Part shown: piece by piece, positions 42,493-46,305 of the stretch
How the letters are laid out: each line of letters starts with the position of its first letter
Position numbering within the stretch: position 1 is the stretch's first letter
Virus record (IMG/VR): IMGVR_UViG_3300020045_000926
Span: 1-46,305 of that record
Reading direction: 5' to 3' (one strand)
DNA length: 46,305 nucleotides
Source of the DNA: a virus
Lineage: Duplodnaviria > Caudoviricetes
Program-made: the position numbers and the translations under genes
Notes under the pieces: generated by a model
Told to the model about the DNA's origin: nothing
The model's input: only the letters and a program-made list of their open reading frames with translations
The model's database searches: none

Positions 42493-44313
42493 ATGACTAT
42501 AAATGATTTTTCAGGTGGTTTGTCTATAAGACTATCACCTAACTTAATACAAGTAAATGAAAGTACAGTTTGTACAAATGTAGATATTAGTTCAGGAATT
42601 TTAAAGCCTTTAAAGGATTTAACTGCTACATCTAATACTATACCATTAGATAAACCTGTATTTACTGAATTTAAAGGTACTTATTTAAGTAGTAACTCTG
42701 GTACTAGCTATGTAGAGTTTAATGATAAGTTATATATAGCTAATGGAATAGATACCATTAAAAAGACTAGTGATGGAGTTAATCTATATAAGTTAGGTTT
42801 AGTTTCTCCTAGTTCTAAGTTAACAACAACTAGTTCATTTAGTATTACATTTACCTTAGATAATATATTGAGTGGTACAGATATTACCTTTCCTATAGGA
42901 ACTTATACTTACTTAGTACAGTATAAGTTACTCTCAGGAGCAATTAAGTATGAAGTAAAAACATTCTCATACTCAGGAACTAAAGGGGTTAGATTAACTA
43001 TTTCTAGTATTACTAATGTTGACACAGTTACACTGTATAGAAAAGTAGATACTAAATATAGATTAGTAGGTGAAAGTACTTCAAGTTTAACTATAGATGA
43101 TACAGTATACGATATAGCTACTAAAACTACAACTACTCCATATGAGCAGTTATTGGGTACTAGAAATTATGTATATACTTATTATTCATCAGTTACAGGA
43201 TTTGAGTCTGCTCCTTCACCTGTTTCGGATGATTTAAATGTACTTATAGATGACGTTGTAGTTACTGGATTTATAGCACCTATAGATAGTACAGTAGATG
43301 CTATTAAGTTATATAGACTAGGGGGCACTTTAACTAATTACTTTTTAGTAGACACACTAGCTAAAACAGTAACTACTTATACTGATACTAAAACTGACTT
43401 AGTAGTTGCTGATAGTGACTTATTAGAGACTAATGGGTTTATACAACCTCCTACTGGGATTAAGTTTTTAACTGAGTATAATTCAGCGCTATTTGGAAGT
43501 ATAGATAGTACTTTGTATTTCTCTAATTCAGGTTTAGTAGATAACTGGTTAGCTACTAATTATATAGAGTTCCCAGAGCATATAACTGGATTAGGTGTTA
43601 CTCAGAATGGACTATTAGTATTCTCTAGGAACAAAACATGGATACTAGTAGGTACTGATATAAGTACATATAGTAAATATTTACTTAATGGAAATCAAGG
43701 ATGTGTATCACATTCTACTATAGCTTATGTAGATAATAACTTATTGTGGTATAGTTTAGATGGTATTTGTGTTTCACAAGGTGGAGCCTTAGAAATATTA
43801 TCTTATATGAAGCTAGGTAAAGTAGTAATTAATCCTATAATAGCTAGAGTATATGAAAGTCAATACTTTTTATTTCATTCTACTGGTACTATAGTAGTAG
43901 ACTTTAGAGGTGGAGCTGTTAAGTTCTTAAATTTAAGTTTGATTGTTAGAGGGGCTTATTATAGTTCTTCATATGATAAACTATATATATTAAAACCTAG
44001 TGATATAGGTATGTATGAATATAACTCAGGAAGTAACTTAACTTTTAATTATAGAACTGGTTACTTGGCTGAGAATGGATTAACTAATTACAAAACATAC
44101 AAAAACATATATATAAGAACTGAAGGTTCAGTATCATTAGATGTATATTTAGATGGTTCAGTTATTAAAACTTATACCCTACAAGCTGGATTTAATGATA
44201 TAAAATATCCACAAGAACATAGTAGAGGTTATTATACTGAACTAAGTTTTTACGGTACTGGTAAAGTACTAGAAGTTAATTTCTTAACAGAAGGAAGACA
44301 AAATGGCAGATAA
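42493..44313 (+). CDS. Tail nozzle / stabilisation protein (beta-propeller)
   Basis: DFSGGL..RLSP.L start, YVYT......ESAPSP, LYFS and GCVS..TI motifs of podovirus tail tubular proteins. Confidence 0.7.
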   Translation: MTINDFSGGLSIRLSPNLIQVNESTVCTNVDISSGILKPLKDLTATSNTIPLDKPVFTEFKGTYLSSNSGTSYVEFNDKLYIANGIDTIKKTSDGVNLYKLGLVSPSSKLTTTSSFSITFTLDNILSGTDITFPIGTYTYLVQYKLLSGAIKYEVKTFSYSGTKGVRLTISSITNVDTVTLYRKVDTKYRLVGESTSSLTIDDTVYDIATKTTTTPYEQLLGTRNYVYTYYSSVTGFESAPSPVSDDLNVLIDDVVVTGFIAPIDSTVDAIKLYRLGGTLTNYFLVDTLAKTVTTYTDTKTDLVVADSDLLETNGFIQPPTGIKFLTEYNSALFGSIDSTLYFSNSGLVDNWLATNYIEFPEHITGLGVTQNGLLVFSRNKTWILVGTDISTYSKYLLNGNQGCVSHSTIAYVDNNLLWYSLDGICVSQGGALEILSYMKLGKVVINPIIARVYESQYFLFHSTGTIVVDFRGGAVKFLNLSLIVRGAYYSSSYDKLYILKPSDIGMYEYNSGSNLTFNYRTGYLAENGLTNYKTYKNIYIRTEGSVSLDVYLDGSVIKTYTLQAGFNDIKYPQEHSRGYYTELSFYGTGKVLEVNFLTEGRQNGR

Positions 44314-45139
44314 TACTATTCAAGTTCCTAATAATATAGAAGATGCAACGGTATTAAAAAGATTCCTAACACAATTAGTGTTAGGAATTAATGGTAACGG
44401 TTTACTATCTAATAATAAAGAAACACAAAATACAGCTATAGTAGAGATACTGCAAAATAATCCTACTTTAGACTTTCTTAACTTAGTATCTAAACTTACG
44501 GAATTAAGGACTGATATTCTAACCTATGTAGAGGATAATATTGAAACTATTATACTACAGAATACCGAAGATATAGCAGTAATAGCTGAACAGTTTGGTA
44601 CCTTCTATAATCAAGCATTAGCAGCATCATGGTATGGTTTAAGTGTTAAGGCAGGTGGAGCAATAGCAGGTCTAGAAATAGGTAGCTTAGACCCTGATGT
44701 TACAACACCAGGTGATGAGTCCAGTTATTTTAGAGTAATAGCTAATAACTTTATTTTAGGTAGAGCCTATGAGGATTTGACTCAGGCAGAAAAGGATTAC
44801 TTAGCTGCACATAACTTACCTAATTTTGGTACTGTATATGATATTAATAATCAACCAGTTCCTGCATTAGTGACAACTTGGGATGGTGCTAATCAAGTAT
44901 ATAAACACTACTTTAATGGCATAGTTCAATTTAGTAATATACAAAATGCTGATTATGCAACTGCTATTAATAATGGAACAACCACTATCAATGGTGGAAA
45001 GATTACTACTAGCAGTATTACTACGGACCAGATACAAATGAATGTTGGGTGGGCAGGAGTTCTATATAACCAAGGAGGCAATGATAGTAACTATAAAATG
45101 AAAATAGATTTTACTAATGGGGAAATACACATAAAATGA
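44303..45139 (+). CDS. Tail-associated protein
   Basis: W...V.AGG..AG...S.F.V.A..F and TTING..ITT motifs resembling tail-tip/fibre C-termini. Confidence 0.55.
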   Translation: MADNTIQVPNNIEDATVLKRFLTQLVLGINGNGLLSNNKETQNTAIVEILQNNPTLDFLNLVSKLTELRTDILTYVEDNIETIILQNTEDIAVIAEQFGTFYNQALAASWYGLSVKAGGAIAGLEIGSLDPDVTTPGDESSYFRVIANNFILGRAYEDLTQAEKDYLAAHNLPNFGTVYDINNQPVPALVTTWDGANQVYKHYFNGIVQFSNIQNADYATAINNGTTTINGGKITTSSITTDQIQMNVGWAGVLYNQGGNDSNYKMKIDFTNGEIHIK

Positions 45140-46239
45140 GTTTATTTATAGGCAAAGATGATAGTAATAATAATGTATTACATGTATCTAGTGATGAAAG
45201 TACACTAGCAAAGCTAAAAAGTGGTCCTTATGAATTAACTTCTTTTCATAGTAACTTACAGTATTTAAGCTATAAGATTTATGAACCAGTATCTTCATAT
45301 TATATACCAGATACAATAGCTAATTCAACTGGTTATTATGTTGGAGGTATAGCCGTTACTATGCCAAATGATTTTATATTAGAGTTTTCTTCTATACCAA
45401 CTAGATTTTATTTTATTCTTTTAGATAACTCAGATACTCTATTAAGATATTCTTTTTATCCATCTGGTAGTCGGGATACTATGTATAATCCACCATTCTG
45501 TATGTGGTATAGTTCTACTCCCTCAGCAGGGACAAATAATGGACTATATAAAGGAGAAACACCTTATCCTACTAGTTCTAATATATACGGATATATTTGC
45601 TCTTCTGTAAATACCTCTAATATTAAAATAGTAGTTACAAATTATTCAGATACTGGTGTATTATTTAATAGTAAGCTTAATAATAATAATATAGACATTA
45701 CTAGGGACTCATTTCTAATAGGTGGTATAGATATATCAAGTTATCCTTATATTACTAGACACATATTAAACCCTATAGATACCTCTATTGACTTAAATGG
45801 AAGTACTTATCAATTATGTAATAATAATAGTGAAGGTACTTTTGATTTAAGTACTACTGGCCATGTAGAATTAAAAGTAGGAGGAAAAACTATTATAGAT
45901 AGTAGGTATAATAATAACTTATTAAGTAATAGTTTTCACTCTATAACTTGGTATGACTTAGTTGTTGGTAGTACATTTAATATTACCTCTGACCAATTAA
46001 ATGATAAAAGTATTATTCAAATATCTTATACTACAGCATATGTTATAGGTACTGGGGAAAGAATATTTAATACTAAATTAATAAGTTATGTTGAAGGTAA
46101 GGTAATACCTGTAATTAGAACAAGTGTAACTAGTGTTGACTTTATTTGTCAGTCTGGAGTACTGAAAGTTAGATTTAATACCTTTTGGACTTCTTCATAC
46201 TCTAATTTTATAGGAATTAAACATAGGGTGTTTAATTAA
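45136..46239 (+). CDS. Putative tail-tip / receptor-binding protein
   Basis: Ser/Thr/Asn/Tyr-rich beta protein with an FHS.L.Y motif; end of the tail operon. Confidence 0.45.
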   Translation: MSLFIGKDDSNNNVLHVSSDESTLAKLKSGPYELTSFHSNLQYLSYKIYEPVSSYYIPDTIANSTGYYVGGIAVTMPNDFILEFSSIPTRFYFILLDNSDTLLRYSFYPSGSRDTMYNPPFCMWYSSTPSAGTNNGLYKGETPYPTSSNIYGYICSSVNTSNIKIVVTNYSDTGVLFNSKLNNNNIDITRDSFLIGGIDISSYPYITRHILNPIDTSIDLNGSTYQLCNNNSEGTFDLSTTGHVELKVGGKTIIDSRYNNNLLSNSFHSITWYDLVVGSTFNITSDQLNDKSIIQISYTTAYVIGTGERIFNTKLISYVEGKVIPVIRTSVTSVDFICQSGVLKVRFNTFWTSSYSNFIGIKHRVFN

Positions 46240-46243
46240 AAAT

Positions 46244-46277
46244 TTTAATCTTAAATTAAGATTAAATTAGGTATAAT
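46244..46277 (+). promoter_or_regulatory. Promoter driving the genes at the start of the window
   Basis: TTTAA-N7-TTAA-N12-TATAAT, followed by AAGG and the junction ATG. Confidence 0.7.
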
Positions 46278-46305
46278 ATAATAAATTATAATTTAAGGTT
46301 TATTA

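Larger units (their letters stand above)
1..46305. mobile_element. Complete (circularly permuted) lytic podovirus-like dsDNA phage genome
   Basis: Terminase, portal, capsid, tail, lysis and replication genes all present; no tape measure or tail tube, no integrase, no flanking host genes; ends join into an intact gene. Confidence 0.92.

Noticed and set aside
1-46305. Prophage, tRNA genes, introns/inteins, stop-codon reassignment
   Set aside because: No integrase or host genes, no cloverleaf recognised, core genes are of normal length and uninterrupted, and the standard code gives dense coding with TAA, TAG and TGA all used as stops

Overview
This window looks like a complete, circularly permuted ~46.3 kb genome of a lytic, AT-rich podovirus-like tailed phage. 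Joining the last base to the first restores an ATG, an RBS and a promoter for the first ORF. The promoter architecture (TTTAA-N7-TTAA-N12-TATAAT, no TTGACA), the AAGGA RBSs and the endolysin type suggest a Campylobacterota host (inference). Two divergent arms flank a ~1.5 kb repeat-rich non-coding region (29653-31130). The plus arm runs TerS, TerL, scaffold, major capsid, adaptor, fibres/tailspike, lysis genes and nozzle, then wraps to ejection proteins, a displaced portal and a virion lysozyme. The minus arm carries early genes, primase-helicase, canonical ThyX, a Dda/RecD-like helicase, SSB, PolA, a 5' exonuclease, MazG, ligase, class II RNR, VRR-NUC and an SF2 helicase. No integrase, RNA polymerase, tRNA or CRISPR array was recognised. 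The best candidate for an undescribed system is a translationally coupled cassette directly behind PolA and the 5' exonuclease: a DUF6378-like protein, a second divergent ThyX with Cys at the motif Ser, a nucleoside 2'-deoxyribosyltransferase and an HD nucleotidase. It looks like a pathway for making a non-canonical DNA nucleotide; one testable hypothesis is dG-to-deoxyinosine. Other oddities are a CpG gradient centred on the control region, GATC avoidance with CTAG excess, a start-less NlpC/P60-like frame behind an apparently swapped tailspike, and two paralogous early proteins. All family calls come from reading motifs by eye; no searches were run and all counts are hand counts.
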